A DNA stretch of 63,283 nt from Desulfobacterales bacterium. Lineage in GTDB: Bacteria; Desulfobacterota; Desulfobacteria; Desulfobacterales; C00003060. Positions 18,224-28,149 of this stretch are shown here, one piece after another (within the stretch, counting starts at the first letter, position 1; every line of letters begins with the position of its first letter). Both the position numbers and the translations under genes were made by a program. The stretch is from NCBI GenBank assembly GCA_013375395.1, contig JABXJW010000001.1:1-63283 (forward strand), given 5' to 3'. A model generated the notes under the pieces. That model was not told the origin of the DNA and made no database searches. It worked only from the letters and a program-made list of their open reading frames with translations.

Positions 18224-18256
18224 AACCCATTTGTTTCATTAGGAAAAGTTGCCGAG

Positions 18257-20179
18257 ATGGTACCGTTAAAGCTTGTGATCATTGAAGATGAAGAAGCGCA
18301 CTTTCAGCTCATGAAACGGGCTATTGAAAAGGCCTATCCTCTTGCCTCGGTCGATTACTTCGCAAAAGCAGAGGCTTGCCTTGAAAGGCTTGACGAGATC
18401 AGCCCGGACGTCATTATCACCGATTACCTCATGGACGGCATGAATGGTATTGAGTTCTTAGAATCTTTAAATAGAGAGAAAACCGATATCCCGGTCATCA
18501 TGATCACCGGCCAAGGGGATGAGAAGATCGCGATCCGGGCGATGAAATTGGGGGCATGGGATTATTTGGTAAAGTCCGGCGATTTCTTTACCCTATTGCC
18601 CGGTGTCATTGAAAAGGTGGTCCGCGAGCGGAAACTAAAGGCGTCCCTGCAACGGTCAGAGAAGAGATTCAAAGAGATTTTTTCACAGTCGCCCGTCGGC
18701 ATTGGGCTGTATGATCCAAACGGCATATTGGTTGATGCCAACAAATCTTTTCTCAACATATTCAGTGTATCTGACCTTGCTCATATGAAAGGCATAAAAC
18801 TGCTTGATGATCCAAATATGTCACCGGAAGTGAAGGCAAGACTCCTTAAAGGGGAGACGGCAAGATATGAAGCCCCCTTTGATTTTGACATGGTCAAGAA
18901 ACTCAAATTGTACGAAACAGCAAGAACGGGAACTGCTTGCCTTGACGTTGTAATCACTCCCATGGGCTCTGGAACAGATCATAGTGCAGGCGGATATCTG
19001 ATTCAGATTCAAGATATCACTGAACGCAAGGTGGCGGAGCAAGAGAAAAAGGAACTCCAAGCCCACAGGATGGAAATCATTTCAACCCTGGCCAGCGTGA
19101 TTGCGCACGATTTTAACAATGCATTATCGGGGATTACCGGAAACATAGAACTGCTCAAGATGAACCTGACCGCCAAGGAAAACATAAGTCGACATGTTGA
19201 AGCGATGTACAATGCCGCCCAACGGATGGCCCACCTGACCAATCAATTGCTGGCTTATACACGAGGGGGAAAGTACTGGCCAAAAAGCATATCCTTAAGC
19301 AACTTTGTGGAAGACTCGCTGCCGATGATCCAGCACAAAATCGATCCTGCCATCCGCGTGGAGACGGATCTTGCGGAAAATATTCTCAATATAGAGGCCG
19401 ATATGACCCAAATGCATATGGTGCTGTCGGCAGTGTTGACAAATGCGGCAGAGGCTATAGAAGGCACGGGTTGCATAAAAATAGTCACCTCAAACGAAGA
19501 GATCGACGAGGAGTTTGCAACACACCATCTCAGCCTCAAGCCCGGGCCATATGCCTGTCTTACGGTTCAGGATGACGGAAAAGGTATGGACGATCAAACA
19601 AGGCGTAAGGTATTTGAGCCGTTTTTCAGCAGAAAATTTCACGGTCGTGGACTTGGCATGGCCGCAGTGTACGGCATCGTCAAAAACCACAATGGCTGGA
19701 TTTCGGTTGATTCCAAATTGGGCAAGGGGGCCGTGGTCAGAATATATTTGCCCGCCGTCGAGGCTCGGGCAAAAGAAGCAGAAAAGCCAAAAACCGAGTT
19801 GGCCAAGGGGACAGGCACTATTCTGGTTGTCGAGGATGACGGGGGTGTCATGCATGTAACACGGACAATACTGGAAAAGCTGGGTTATGATGTTTTGACG
19901 GCCGGAACAGGGATGGAGGCCGCAAATATCGCCAGGACCTTTGATGGGGATATTGACTTGGCCATTCTCGATATCGGGTTGCCCGACGTGCGAGGCGACA
20001 CGGTGTATAAACTCCTCATGGAAGCGCGCACGAACCTCAAGGTGATCGTTTGTAGCGGTTATGCCGTTGATGGCCCTATTCAGGAAATCCTGAATTCAGG
20101 TGCTCAGGGCTTTATAGAAAAACCTTTTAGCTTTGCAGGCTTATCAGCGGAGATTAAGAAGGTATTGGAAAACGCATGA
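18257..20179 (+). CDS. hybrid sensor kinase (REC-PAS-HisKA-HATPase-REC)
   Basis: 640 aa. N-terminal receiver (DVIITDYLMDGMNG), H-box IAHDFNNAL, G-boxes, and a C-terminal receiver (LAILDIGLPD). Confidence 0.85.
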   Translation: MVPLKLVIIEDEEAHFQLMKRAIEKAYPLASVDYFAKAEACLERLDEISPDVIITDYLMDGMNGIEFLESLNREKTDIPVIMITGQGDEKIAIRAMKLGAWDYLVKSGDFFTLLPGVIEKVVRERKLKASLQRSEKRFKEIFSQSPVGIGLYDPNGILVDANKSFLNIFSVSDLAHMKGIKLLDDPNMSPEVKARLLKGETARYEAPFDFDMVKKLKLYETARTGTACLDVVITPMGSGTDHSAGGYLIQIQDITERKVAEQEKKELQAHRMEIISTLASVIAHDFNNALSGITGNIELLKMNLTAKENISRHVEAMYNAAQRMAHLTNQLLAYTRGGKYWPKSISLSNFVEDSLPMIQHKIDPAIRVETDLAENILNIEADMTQMHMVLSAVLTNAAEAIEGTGCIKIVTSNEEIDEEFATHHLSLKPGPYACLTVQDDGKGMDDQTRRKVFEPFFSRKFHGRGLGMAAVYGIVKNHNGWISVDSKLGKGAVVRIYLPAVEARAKEAEKPKTELAKGTGTILVVEDDGGVMHVTRTILEKLGYDVLTAGTGMEAANIARTFDGDIDLAILDIGLPDVRGDTVYKLLMEARTNLKVIVCSGYAVDGPIQEILNSGAQGFIEKPFSFAGLSAEIKKVLENA

Positions 20180-20230
20180 GGAAAATCGGACAGCGAACTC
20201 ACCGCGTTGTACAAGGAGCACCGCGTCTCT

Positions 20231-21697
20231 TCAATGGCTTGCCCCACCTTCTTCCCTGCGCAGGGGCACTTGGGTAAAGACCGAATCATCTATCGCCACC
20301 GGCCCATCGTGATCCATAGTCGACAGTTCGTTCAGAGCTTCACGTATTTCCCGAGCCCCCTTGTCAAAAACGCGGCTCACGGCGTGGTACTCCTGCTTAA
20401 CTTCCCTGAGCGAAAATCGCCCGCCCGTCTTTTTCAGGTAAACATACACAAGGTCCCGGACCGCCTGCCAACTGTCGCGCCTGGTCTGATTCTCTATCGG
20501 CGTCAGCCTGTCGAAATCATTCAGACAATCGCGGTGAAATGCGGAGACAAAGTATTTCTTCAGCACCGTCATCCAGAAAAACACGACCACCAGTGCGACA
20601 ACCCCTCCGGCGCCGACCTGCACACGCTGGTCTATGCCGGCAAAAGCACTGGTCATCATCATTGCAAAAGCCGCCACACTCCCACACAGCATGCTGACAA
20701 CAAATCCGGCCAGTGCATGCTTGATGCGAAGCATGCGAACACCCCTGCGATAGCCAATCAACGCTTCGAGCAAATGAGAGATGCGTTCTGCGTGGGTCTC
20801 AACGAATGTGGCCAGATGATCGAGGCGGCGGCAGGGGGCCTGCAAAATGGCCTCTTTCAATTCCTCACGCTGGTTTTCGAGGTAGCGCAGGTAACCGGTA
20901 TCGCGCCCCGATCCGTTAGTGGAACCGGCCGTAGCATGCGGCGAGTACGTCAGACGAATCAGCGGGATGTCTTTGCGCCCGGTGATTTGTGACAGGTTCC
21001 AGCAAAGGGTTCCGTACACGCGTAGCAGGTCGATCAAGGAAGCGCATTCATCAATGCGATTCAACACAAACAGAACCCGGTCCTCGAATGTGTGGGCCGG
21101 CAACGTCTCCCTGATGCTTACATATGCCTCGCGGATCGTTCCCGCCTTGTGGGGGTCAAAAATCACAAGTACAAGATCGGCAATCTGTGCCAGGTCGCCG
21201 ACCACTTCCTGGTAATTGTAACCGCGATCCCGTTCGGTAATGCTATCGAGCATTCCGGGAGTGTCGATGAGAACGAGGTTTTCCAAAAACGGCGAGTTGA
21301 CTTTCTTAAGGCGAAAGTGCGAGGCGAATCGCTGTCCGTGTTTTTTTAGAATTTCAAAGGGGTACTCCGGGCTGTTGAGCAGAAACTTGCCGTCCCGCTC
21401 CTCGGTAATACGCACCGTGCTGTCAGCGGATGCCGTATCTTCATAGGCAATAACCGTGAAAGAATCGTCCGTGGGCGCCTGGCCTGTAGCCTGGATGTCT
21501 GCCTCGAGAAATTCGTTGATCAGCGTTGACTTGCCCGACGAGTAATTGCCCAGCACCAGCACCAGGGGGCGCCACTTTATATTGGCCTCGAGCGGCACCT
21601 CGCTGTATCCGTAGCGCAGAGCCACCGGCGTCAAGTGGTCCGACACCATCTGGACTAGTTCCGCCCTGAGCGAATTGATATAGTTTTCTCGATACAT
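20231..21697 (-). CDS. dynamin-superfamily ATPase, EHD-like, with C-terminal TM hairpin
   Basis: 488 aa. P-loop GNYSSGKST, DTPG, NRID. RVYGTLCWNLSQITGRKDIP resembles the EHD signature. Two hydrophobic helices at about aa 335-385. Confidence 0.65.
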   Translation of the reverse strand: MYRENYINSLRAELVQMVSDHLTPVALRYGYSEVPLEANIKWRPLVLVLGNYSSGKSTLINEFLEADIQATGQAPTDDSFTVIAYEDTASADSTVRITEERDGKFLLNSPEYPFEILKKHGQRFASHFRLKKVNSPFLENLVLIDTPGMLDSITERDRGYNYQEVVGDLAQIADLVLVIFDPHKAGTIREAYVSIRETLPAHTFEDRVLFVLNRIDECASLIDLLRVYGTLCWNLSQITGRKDIPLIRLTYSPHATAGSTNGSGRDTGYLRYLENQREELKEAILQAPCRRLDHLATFVETHAERISHLLEALIGYRRGVRMLRIKHALAGFVVSMLCGSVAAFAMMMTSAFAGIDQRVQVGAGGVVALVVVFFWMTVLKKYFVSAFHRDCLNDFDRLTPIENQTRRDSWQAVRDLVYVYLKKTGGRFSLREVKQEYHAVSRVFDKGAREIREALNELSTMDHDGPVAIDDSVFTQVPLRREEGGASH

Positions 21698-21835
21698 TAA
21701 CTTCTCCCGTAACAGACTAATATAGTTCCAGGGACCCCATCATGAATCTTTGGCCGGCCTTACGTTTTGCCATGGCGCCCCTCTTCCGTCCCCCTGAAAT
21801 CCGGCAAAGCAAATGACATCGGCAAACACTACGAA

Positions 21836-24568
21836 CTAGTCTGCAACCACCGGCTCCCTGAGAATCATGCCAATGGCGTCAATAGCGCTCCTGGCGATCG
21901 CAGGATAGACTTTCCTCAAGGAGGCGATCTGTCTCAGGTTGTCGGCTGTCCTGGAAACAAGCATGGAAAGGTCTCCTTCTGCCATCCCGGCAATCTCCAG
22001 GGCCATCTCCCAGGGCTTCCCATTGGCCCATGCATAGATCGTAGCAGCGGGCCACAAGGCTATCGGCTTCACTTCAAATCCCCGCACCACCTTGCGCTCC
22101 ATGAGGGGGGTGAGCGCTTTTTTCATCTTCTCGTAGGCCGTCAGAAGCCGCTTGGGCACTGAGGATTCATCGAGCCTTGTTTCCATTTCCCGATCGTGTA
22201 CAAAGGGCGCCACCAAGGCAGCCAGCAGGGCAGGATCAGTACCAGGCAACAAGCCGGCGCGAAGCCCTTCTGCAATCATCAGCGGCTGATCGAGCCTTAG
22301 TTGGGCAGCCCAGTCGCCATCAGGGGTTAGCCTGTTGTCTTCTGTGACAAAGCCTTCTTCTTTCAAGAATTCAAGGCGCCTTACAAAGTCGTTCCACAGT
22401 CGCATGCGCACGGCATTTGCATTGTCCCACATAAAGGCGAAATCTTCAAGCACCGGCCTAAAAAACCGTTTGGACTTTCCGTGACATGTTTTGAAGTGAC
22501 GACACCGGCTGCAGATCAGCCCGTCAAGCTCCTGTTCAAGAAAAAGCGCGCGGCCCCTGAGAGGTTTCAGTTCCGAAGACTCCTTTTCTCCCAGAGGCAA
22601 AGCATCCAAGGCCCGCGGCTCCTTTGTTTCATGCACGATTCGGGCCAACAACCCCCTGATTTTGTACGGATCATCCAGGGGCGGCATGTCCAGCACACGG
22701 TCCAGAATCTGCGAAACCCTTTCCGGCCGAAACCACCTCAACATCAACCTCCCGGCGCGCGCACGCATGTTCCCTTTTACACGGCAAGCCAGCACGCCAG
22801 CCTCATTCCGCCTCACCTGCCGTTTGACCACACAGTACATCCTGCCGCGGCGATCCAAAAAGAGCCGTCCGGGTACAAGATTTGCCGCCTTGGAAAGCCT
22901 GGATTCAAGCCATTTCAGGCTGCGCCTCAAATGGGCGACCTCGCCGATCATAGCCGCCCGCTTCCTGGTCAGATCCAGCACCATCTCAGGCCCGGCACAC
23001 AGAGCTTGAGGCAGCAATGCCATCAAGCCAGAACCCGCCTGTCTGAGCTTTTGATCGAGCCCCGGCTGTTGGCGCAGCACATTGAGGTATGTTGCAAAGG
23101 ACCTGTGAAAGATCTTTTTTATCTCCTCGGGGCTGTGAGATTGAAGGAGGTTTAAGACCATAGAAAAATCGACCTTGATTTGACTCAACACATCTTCGGG
23201 CGGGGTGCTGCAAAGATTTGCAAGAAGGCGCACGTCCATGAATTTTCCGGGAATCACTATGGCAAAACCGATAAAGTCCTTTCCTCGCCTGCCGGCCCTG
23301 CCCGTCATCTGATGAAACTCGGTGGCGTTCAGCGGCACAAATTCATGGCCGTTGTATCGGTCCGAGTTCAGGAACACTACGCTTCGGGCCGGGAAGTTGA
23401 CGCCAGCAGCCACTGTGGATGTGGCAAAGACCGCATCAAGCAAGCCCTCGGTCATCAGGTGTTCGACCAGGAGTTTCCATGCAGGAAGCTGACCAGCGTG
23501 GTGAGCCGCCACTGCCGCAATTCTCAGGTGCCGCAATTGCCGGTGGTCTGCCAGGCGAGGATGCCTTTCGATCAGCCCATCAATTCTTTCGTTCAACTCC
23601 ACACTCTCTATTGCCTCCCGGCTTAAACTATCGACGCAGCGCTCAAGGGCGGCATCGCAGTCTGCCCTGGATTTGAGAAAAAATATAGCAGGAAGCAGAT
23701 CGTACTTTCTCAAGACACCCATGACCTCCCCAAAGGGGGGAAGGCGTCGCGGTGTGACAAGTAGCGGTGGATTGGGGCTGTTCAGATAGGCCCGGACCTT
23801 GCCGTCGATCCCCTTGGAATCTATGAGTGGGAGCAGCCTGCCTGAAGGGTGGAAAAACAGGGGGTAAACCGGCACAGGCCGGCCTGTTTCTTCCACCACT
23901 GCACACGTCTTTGAACGTATCGATTCCAGCCAATCTGCAATCTCGCGGGCATTCTTTACGGTAGCAGAAAGGAGCAGGAGGTGGACTCGCACAGGGAGAT
24001 AGATCATGATCTCCTCCCACACTACGCCACGATCTTCGTCTCCCAGGAAATGGGCCTCATCCAGGATGACGAGGTCTGCCGCCAGATCCATGCCCTCGTG
24101 CATGGCATCATAAAGCTGATTGCGCAGAATCTCGGTGGTCCCCACAATAATGGGAGCATCGGCGTTCTCCCTGCGGTCCCCTGTCAATATGCCCACATGT
24201 TCAGGGCCGAATTCCTCGCAGAACTCAAGGTACTTTGAATTGCTCAGGGCCTTCAAGGGCGAGGCATACCATGCGCTGCCGCCTTTTTTGTGAACACGAC
24301 GGATCGCCTCCTGGGCGATCCAGGTCTTTCCCGAACCGGTCGGGGCTGAAACCAGGCAATCCGTGTGGCGAATAGCGGCTAAGGCTTTCAGTTGGAATGG
24401 ATCTGGTCTGAAGGGCTCTTTGGGGGGGACTCCGATCCTGGCAAATACATTCTTCAGCCGGGCATCCGCGCCCGCCTTTATCCGGGGAATTTCCCTCCCG
24501 TGAGCGCTCGGCACTCGCCGGCCGGCAGGACCGCCCCGCAGCATCTTTCCGATCGAACGTTTTGGCAT
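21836..24568 (-). CDS. Ski2/HelY-like DExH RNA helicase with DSHCT-like C-terminal domain
   Basis: APTGSGKTW, DEAH, SAT, HHAG, MTGRAGRRG. C-terminal YAWANGKPW...EGDLSMLVSRTADNLRQI. The start is set at ATG 24568. The longer ORF would overlap dtd. Confidence 0.8.
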   Translation of the reverse strand: MPKRSIGKMLRGGPAGRRVPSAHGREIPRIKAGADARLKNVFARIGVPPKEPFRPDPFQLKALAAIRHTDCLVSAPTGSGKTWIAQEAIRRVHKKGGSAWYASPLKALSNSKYLEFCEEFGPEHVGILTGDRRENADAPIIVGTTEILRNQLYDAMHEGMDLAADLVILDEAHFLGDEDRGVVWEEIMIYLPVRVHLLLLSATVKNAREIADWLESIRSKTCAVVEETGRPVPVYPLFFHPSGRLLPLIDSKGIDGKVRAYLNSPNPPLLVTPRRLPPFGEVMGVLRKYDLLPAIFFLKSRADCDAALERCVDSLSREAIESVELNERIDGLIERHPRLADHRQLRHLRIAAVAAHHAGQLPAWKLLVEHLMTEGLLDAVFATSTVAAGVNFPARSVVFLNSDRYNGHEFVPLNATEFHQMTGRAGRRGKDFIGFAIVIPGKFMDVRLLANLCSTPPEDVLSQIKVDFSMVLNLLQSHSPEEIKKIFHRSFATYLNVLRQQPGLDQKLRQAGSGLMALLPQALCAGPEMVLDLTRKRAAMIGEVAHLRRSLKWLESRLSKAANLVPGRLFLDRRGRMYCVVKRQVRRNEAGVLACRVKGNMRARAGRLMLRWFRPERVSQILDRVLDMPPLDDPYKIRGLLARIVHETKEPRALDALPLGEKESSELKPLRGRALFLEQELDGLICSRCRHFKTCHGKSKRFFRPVLEDFAFMWDNANAVRMRLWNDFVRRLEFLKEEGFVTEDNRLTPDGDWAAQLRLDQPLMIAEGLRAGLLPGTDPALLAALVAPFVHDREMETRLDESSVPKRLLTAYEKMKKALTPLMERKVVRGFEVKPIALWPAATIYAWANGKPWEMALEIAGMAEGDLSMLVSRTADNLRQIASLRKVYPAIARSAIDAIGMILREPVVAD

Positions 24569-24829
24569 ATCTACAATCTGTTGACATTGTAGATATTTTT
24601 TTGTTTGATTGCAAGCTCGGATATTCCATCCAGGGCCCCAGGATCTGGACCCAAGAATCACCCTTTTACTATTGAAGAACATTGGGATAAGTGGTAGAAG
24701 ATGTCCTCGGCTCAACATCGCATGCCATGGCTCAAAGAAGGGGTTTTGTATCATTTTGGCCTTATGAAACCAATGGGTTCGATGGAGCGACTGTGTTTCC
24801 AAGGACCTAAATTGTGACGGGGGTTTCAT

Positions 24830-25270
24830 ATGCGGGCTGTTGTTCAACGGGTGAGTTCCTCCGGGGTTCGGGTCGGCGATAGAACGGTGGGGCAGATCGG
24901 CCCGGGGCTCCTCGTGCTATTGGGGATTTCGGGCTCTGACAAGGAAAAAGACGCAGACTACCTGTCGGACAAGGTCGTTCACCTGCGGGTCTTTGAAGAT
25001 GATAACGGCAAGATGAACCGCTCTCTCATTGAGACAGGCGGCGAGATAATGGTCGTTTCCCAATTTACCCTGTTGGGCAACTGCCGGAAGGGTCGGCGGC
25101 CATCCTTTGTTGAAGCAGCCCCCCCTGAGAGGGCTGAAAAGCTTTACGAATACTTTGTTGATCAGATTAGATCGAAAGGGGTGACCGTGGCCACGGGACG
25201 GTTTCAGGCAAAGATGACTGTGTCTCTGGTCAACGACGGGCCCGTCACGCTGATCCTTGAAAGCAAATAA
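24830..25270 (+). CDS. dtd: D-aminoacyl-tRNA deacylase
   Basis: 146 aa. MRAVVQRV...LLVLLGI...VSQFTL...GRRPSF. Confidence 0.9.
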   Translation: MRAVVQRVSSSGVRVGDRTVGQIGPGLLVLLGISGSDKEKDADYLSDKVVHLRVFEDDNGKMNRSLIETGGEIMVVSQFTLLGNCRKGRRPSFVEAAPPERAEKLYEYFVDQIRSKGVTVATGRFQAKMTVSLVNDGPVTLILESK

Positions 25271-25434
25271 CACCTGCTCCGGACGAGCCGGAGAAGCTCA
25301 AAGCTCAAAGCAAAATTTGAATCTTAGGCTCTTAGCCTCTCTTCCTTTCAGCTTTGACCCTTCACCTTTTGTCTTTCATAGCACGAATTTCATAATCAAC
25401 TGATCAACAGTTCAGGGAGTAAGGAACACAGCTC

Positions 25435-25917
25435 GTGGGCCGGCAAGAACAAGTGCTTCCATCATGCATGATATATGTGGATAAGGAGGGGTCTTGGTTC
25501 CACAAGGGCGCCCCCATCATCCACCGCGAACTCCTCTTCCTCTTTTACCGATGCCTTCGGGTGAACGAGCAAGGCGACTACATCATCAAGTTCAAAGACC
25601 AAGTCTGCCGCCTGGATGTTGAGGACACACCATTTGTGGTCCTCAGGACCGACTTTATCCGTGCCGGAAGTAACGGCGAGAAAGACCTCTTCATCCTCCA
25701 CCTGATAGACGATACCAAGGAAGAGCTTGTGCCCGAAACGCTCTCGGTCGGCCCGGACCATGTCCTTTACTGCAAGATCCGGGGAGGCAAATTCAGGGCC
25801 CGTTTTTCGCGCCCCGGTTATTACCAGCTTGCCGAACACATCCGGGAAGAGCCTGAGACCGGTCGATACTTTGTTTTGCTAAGCAACGAGAAGTATTACC
25901 TAAAAACTGACAAGTAA
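25435..25917 (+). CDS. DUF1285-like protein
   Basis: 160 aa. YVDKEGSWFHKGAPIIHRELLFLFY...DYIIKFKDQVCRLDVEDTPFVV. Start uncertain (GTG 25435 or ATG 25468). Confidence 0.6.
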   Translation: MGRQEQVLPSCMIYVDKEGSWFHKGAPIIHRELLFLFYRCLRVNEQGDYIIKFKDQVCRLDVEDTPFVVLRTDFIRAGSNGEKDLFILHLIDDTKEELVPETLSVGPDHVLYCKIRGGKFRARFSRPGYYQLAEHIREEPETGRYFVLLSNEKYYLKTDK

Positions 25918-25921
25918 ACGC

Positions 25922-26662
25922 ATGCACGACAGGAAAATGACAACAAGGCTGTGGGCAGCGCTTTTACTCATTGCGGTAGCGACCTGGTTTGGGTGTGCGC
26001 CCAAGTTGCGGGCGTATCGCGCCACGCCCGCCGAAGTCTCCTCCGCAGGCATCCGCACACTGGCCGTCCTTAGATTTGACGGGCCGTACGGAGAGACCGT
26101 GCGCGGCCATGTTTACAATAGACTTGCCAAGGTTGAACATTTCAGGCCTATCGACGCCCTTAAGGTTCACGGCCTAAACAACGTGATGTATGACCAGGTG
26201 GATGATCCCGGGTTTTTGCGTGCCATTGAAAAGCTGAAGGCCTATGCCGTACTGGCGGGGAGAGTCACTTCCAGAATTCACGATATTCATGGCGCCGATC
26301 AAGTTGAGTCGCAGGAAGGAACCGGTCATTACAAGAAGGGAAAAGACCTGTCAGGCCGGTGGGTTAACGTGGAGATCAAGCGGGCTGTGGTCAAGCCCGT
26401 GCCACATATCATTCGACAGGCATGTGTTGCCACAGAGTACAAGCTGTTCGATCTGAAGACCAAGCTGGTCATTGCCTCCGGGAAGCTGAAAGAAATCTAC
26501 GATGAAAAGTTCGGAGGCGACAAGGAGCAAGCCTCCTGCGAGCATAAGTTGAGCGATCTGCCCGCTCAGGATAGTACCATGGACGAACTGGCCGCCAAGC
26601 TGGCCGCCAAGCTTGTTGAGAAGATATCCCGGAGGCTAAATTCGAAATCCGACACGGAGTGA
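25922..26662 (+). CDS. putative lipoprotein
   Basis: 246 aa. Signal peptide with lipobox ...ATWFGC. Confidence 0.6.
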   Translation: MHDRKMTTRLWAALLLIAVATWFGCAPKLRAYRATPAEVSSAGIRTLAVLRFDGPYGETVRGHVYNRLAKVEHFRPIDALKVHGLNNVMYDQVDDPGFLRAIEKLKAYAVLAGRVTSRIHDIHGADQVESQEGTGHYKKGKDLSGRWVNVEIKRAVVKPVPHIIRQACVATEYKLFDLKTKLVIASGKLKEIYDEKFGGDKEQASCEHKLSDLPAQDSTMDELAAKLAAKLVEKISRRLNSKSDTE

Positions 26663-26670
26663 AGGTGGCT

Positions 26671-26717
26671 AGAGAAAAAACGGCATCCACTTGTTAAGTT
26701 GTACTGAGAAGGATTGC
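26671..26717 (+). repeat. partial copy of family B element
   Basis: 41 of 47 identical to 18064-18110, including cacttgttaa[a/g]ttgtactgagaagg. Sits directly upstream of the aminopeptidase start. Confidence 0.6.
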
Positions 26718-26725
26718 GGAGACAT

Positions 26726-28147
26726 ATGAAAAAGAATATGAGCAAAAAAAAAGTGGAAGAACTCAGAAAACGGCTTGTACGCAAGCCACAACTTGTGTGG
26801 GATGTCGCAAAGCCGGCGGAAAAAAAGAAGGTCTTTGAGTTTGCCGAAAGGTACAAGGGCTTTCTTGATGCCGCCAAGACGGAACGCGAGGCAGTCCGGG
26901 AGATCGAAGGTTTTGCCAAGAAAAAAGGGTTCAAGGATATCACCAAGGGCGACAGAGGAAACAAATTTTACAAGATCAACAAGAACAAAAACATTGCCCT
27001 GGCCGTTCTCGGTAAAAGGCCCCTTGTAGCGGGCCTCAATCTCATAGCGTCTCATATTGACTCCCCCCGGCTCGATCTCAAACAAAATCCCGTTTATGAA
27101 GAAGTGGACCTCGCCTTTCTTAAGACCCACTATTACGGCGGCATCAAAAAGTATCAGTGGCTCGCCCGCCCTTTGGCTATCCACGGCACCGTGCTCAAAA
27201 AAGACGGCAGCAGTGTGAATCTTGAGATTGGCGAGGCCGACGATGACCCCGTGTTCACCATTGCCGACCTTCTTCCCCACCTTGCACGCAAGGTCCAGAC
27301 CGACAAAAAGGTATCAGACGCCTTTGCGGGGGAGAAGTTAAATGTCCTGGCCGGAAGCCTGCCCCTTGGCGACGAGGAAACCAAAGAACGATTCAAGCTC
27401 GCGGTTCTCGAATATCTCTTTTCAACATACGGTCTTATTGAAGAAGACCTGATAAGTGCTGAAATAGAAATCGTCCCTGCGGGAAGGGCCCGCGATGTGG
27501 GCTGGGACAGAAGCCTTGTCGGCGCTTACGGCCAGGACGACCGCGTGTGCACCTATGCCGCGCTTGAGGCCGCAGGAGAGACCAAGCCCCCCCAGACAAC
27601 GGCGCTCGCCCTTTTCATGGATAAAGAAGAGGTCGGAAGCGACGGAAGTACAGGGGCAAAATCTCGTTTTCTGGAGGACTTTGTAGCGGATCTTTTGGAA
27701 ACCACCGGCCAGGAGGCCAGCGCAAAGGCTCTCAGGTCTTGTCTGATGGCCTCAAAGGCCCTGTCGGCAGACGTGAACGGAGCCCTGGACCCGGACTACC
27801 AGGAGGTCCATGAAAAGCGCAATGCAGCCAGGATAGGATACGGGGTTTGTATCACAAAGTTTACCGGCTCCGGCGGAAAATACGGCTCAAGCGATGCCAA
27901 TGCGGAGTATTTGGCCCAAATACGAAAACTCTTCAACGAAAACGGAGTGGTCTGGCAGACCGGTGAATTGGGAAAGGTGGACGAAGGCGGCGGCGGCACG
28001 ATCGCCAAGTTTCTTGCCATCTACGGCATGGAGGTCCTGGACTGCGGCACGCCGCTTCTTTCCATGCACTCTCCTTTCGAGATCGCAAGCAAGGCCGATA
28101 TCTACATGACCTATAAGGGATATCGGGCGTTCTTTGGCAGCAAATAG
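26726..28147 (+). CDS. M18-family aminopeptidase
   Basis: IASHIDSPRLDLK, KTHYYGGIKKYQW, GQDDRVC, EEVGS. ATG 26726 preferred, with GGAG 4 nt upstream. A TTG lies at 26714 in the track. Confidence 0.8.
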   Translation: MKKNMSKKKVEELRKRLVRKPQLVWDVAKPAEKKKVFEFAERYKGFLDAAKTEREAVREIEGFAKKKGFKDITKGDRGNKFYKINKNKNIALAVLGKRPLVAGLNLIASHIDSPRLDLKQNPVYEEVDLAFLKTHYYGGIKKYQWLARPLAIHGTVLKKDGSSVNLEIGEADDDPVFTIADLLPHLARKVQTDKKVSDAFAGEKLNVLAGSLPLGDEETKERFKLAVLEYLFSTYGLIEEDLISAEIEIVPAGRARDVGWDRSLVGAYGQDDRVCTYAALEAAGETKPPQTTALALFMDKEEVGSDGSTGAKSRFLEDFVADLLETTGQEASAKALRSCLMASKALSADVNGALDPDYQEVHEKRNAARIGYGVCITKFTGSGGKYGSSDANAEYLAQIRKLFNENGVVWQTGELGKVDEGGGGTIAKFLAIYGMEVLDCGTPLLSMHSPFEIASKADIYMTYKGYRAFFGSK

Positions 28148-28149
28148 GT

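Noticed and set aside
24569-24847. 93-codon N-terminal extension of the helicase ORF, overlapping dtd.
   Set aside because: There is no helicase-like sequence before MPKRSIGK. The extension would overlap the divergent dtd start, so ATG 24568 is preferred.
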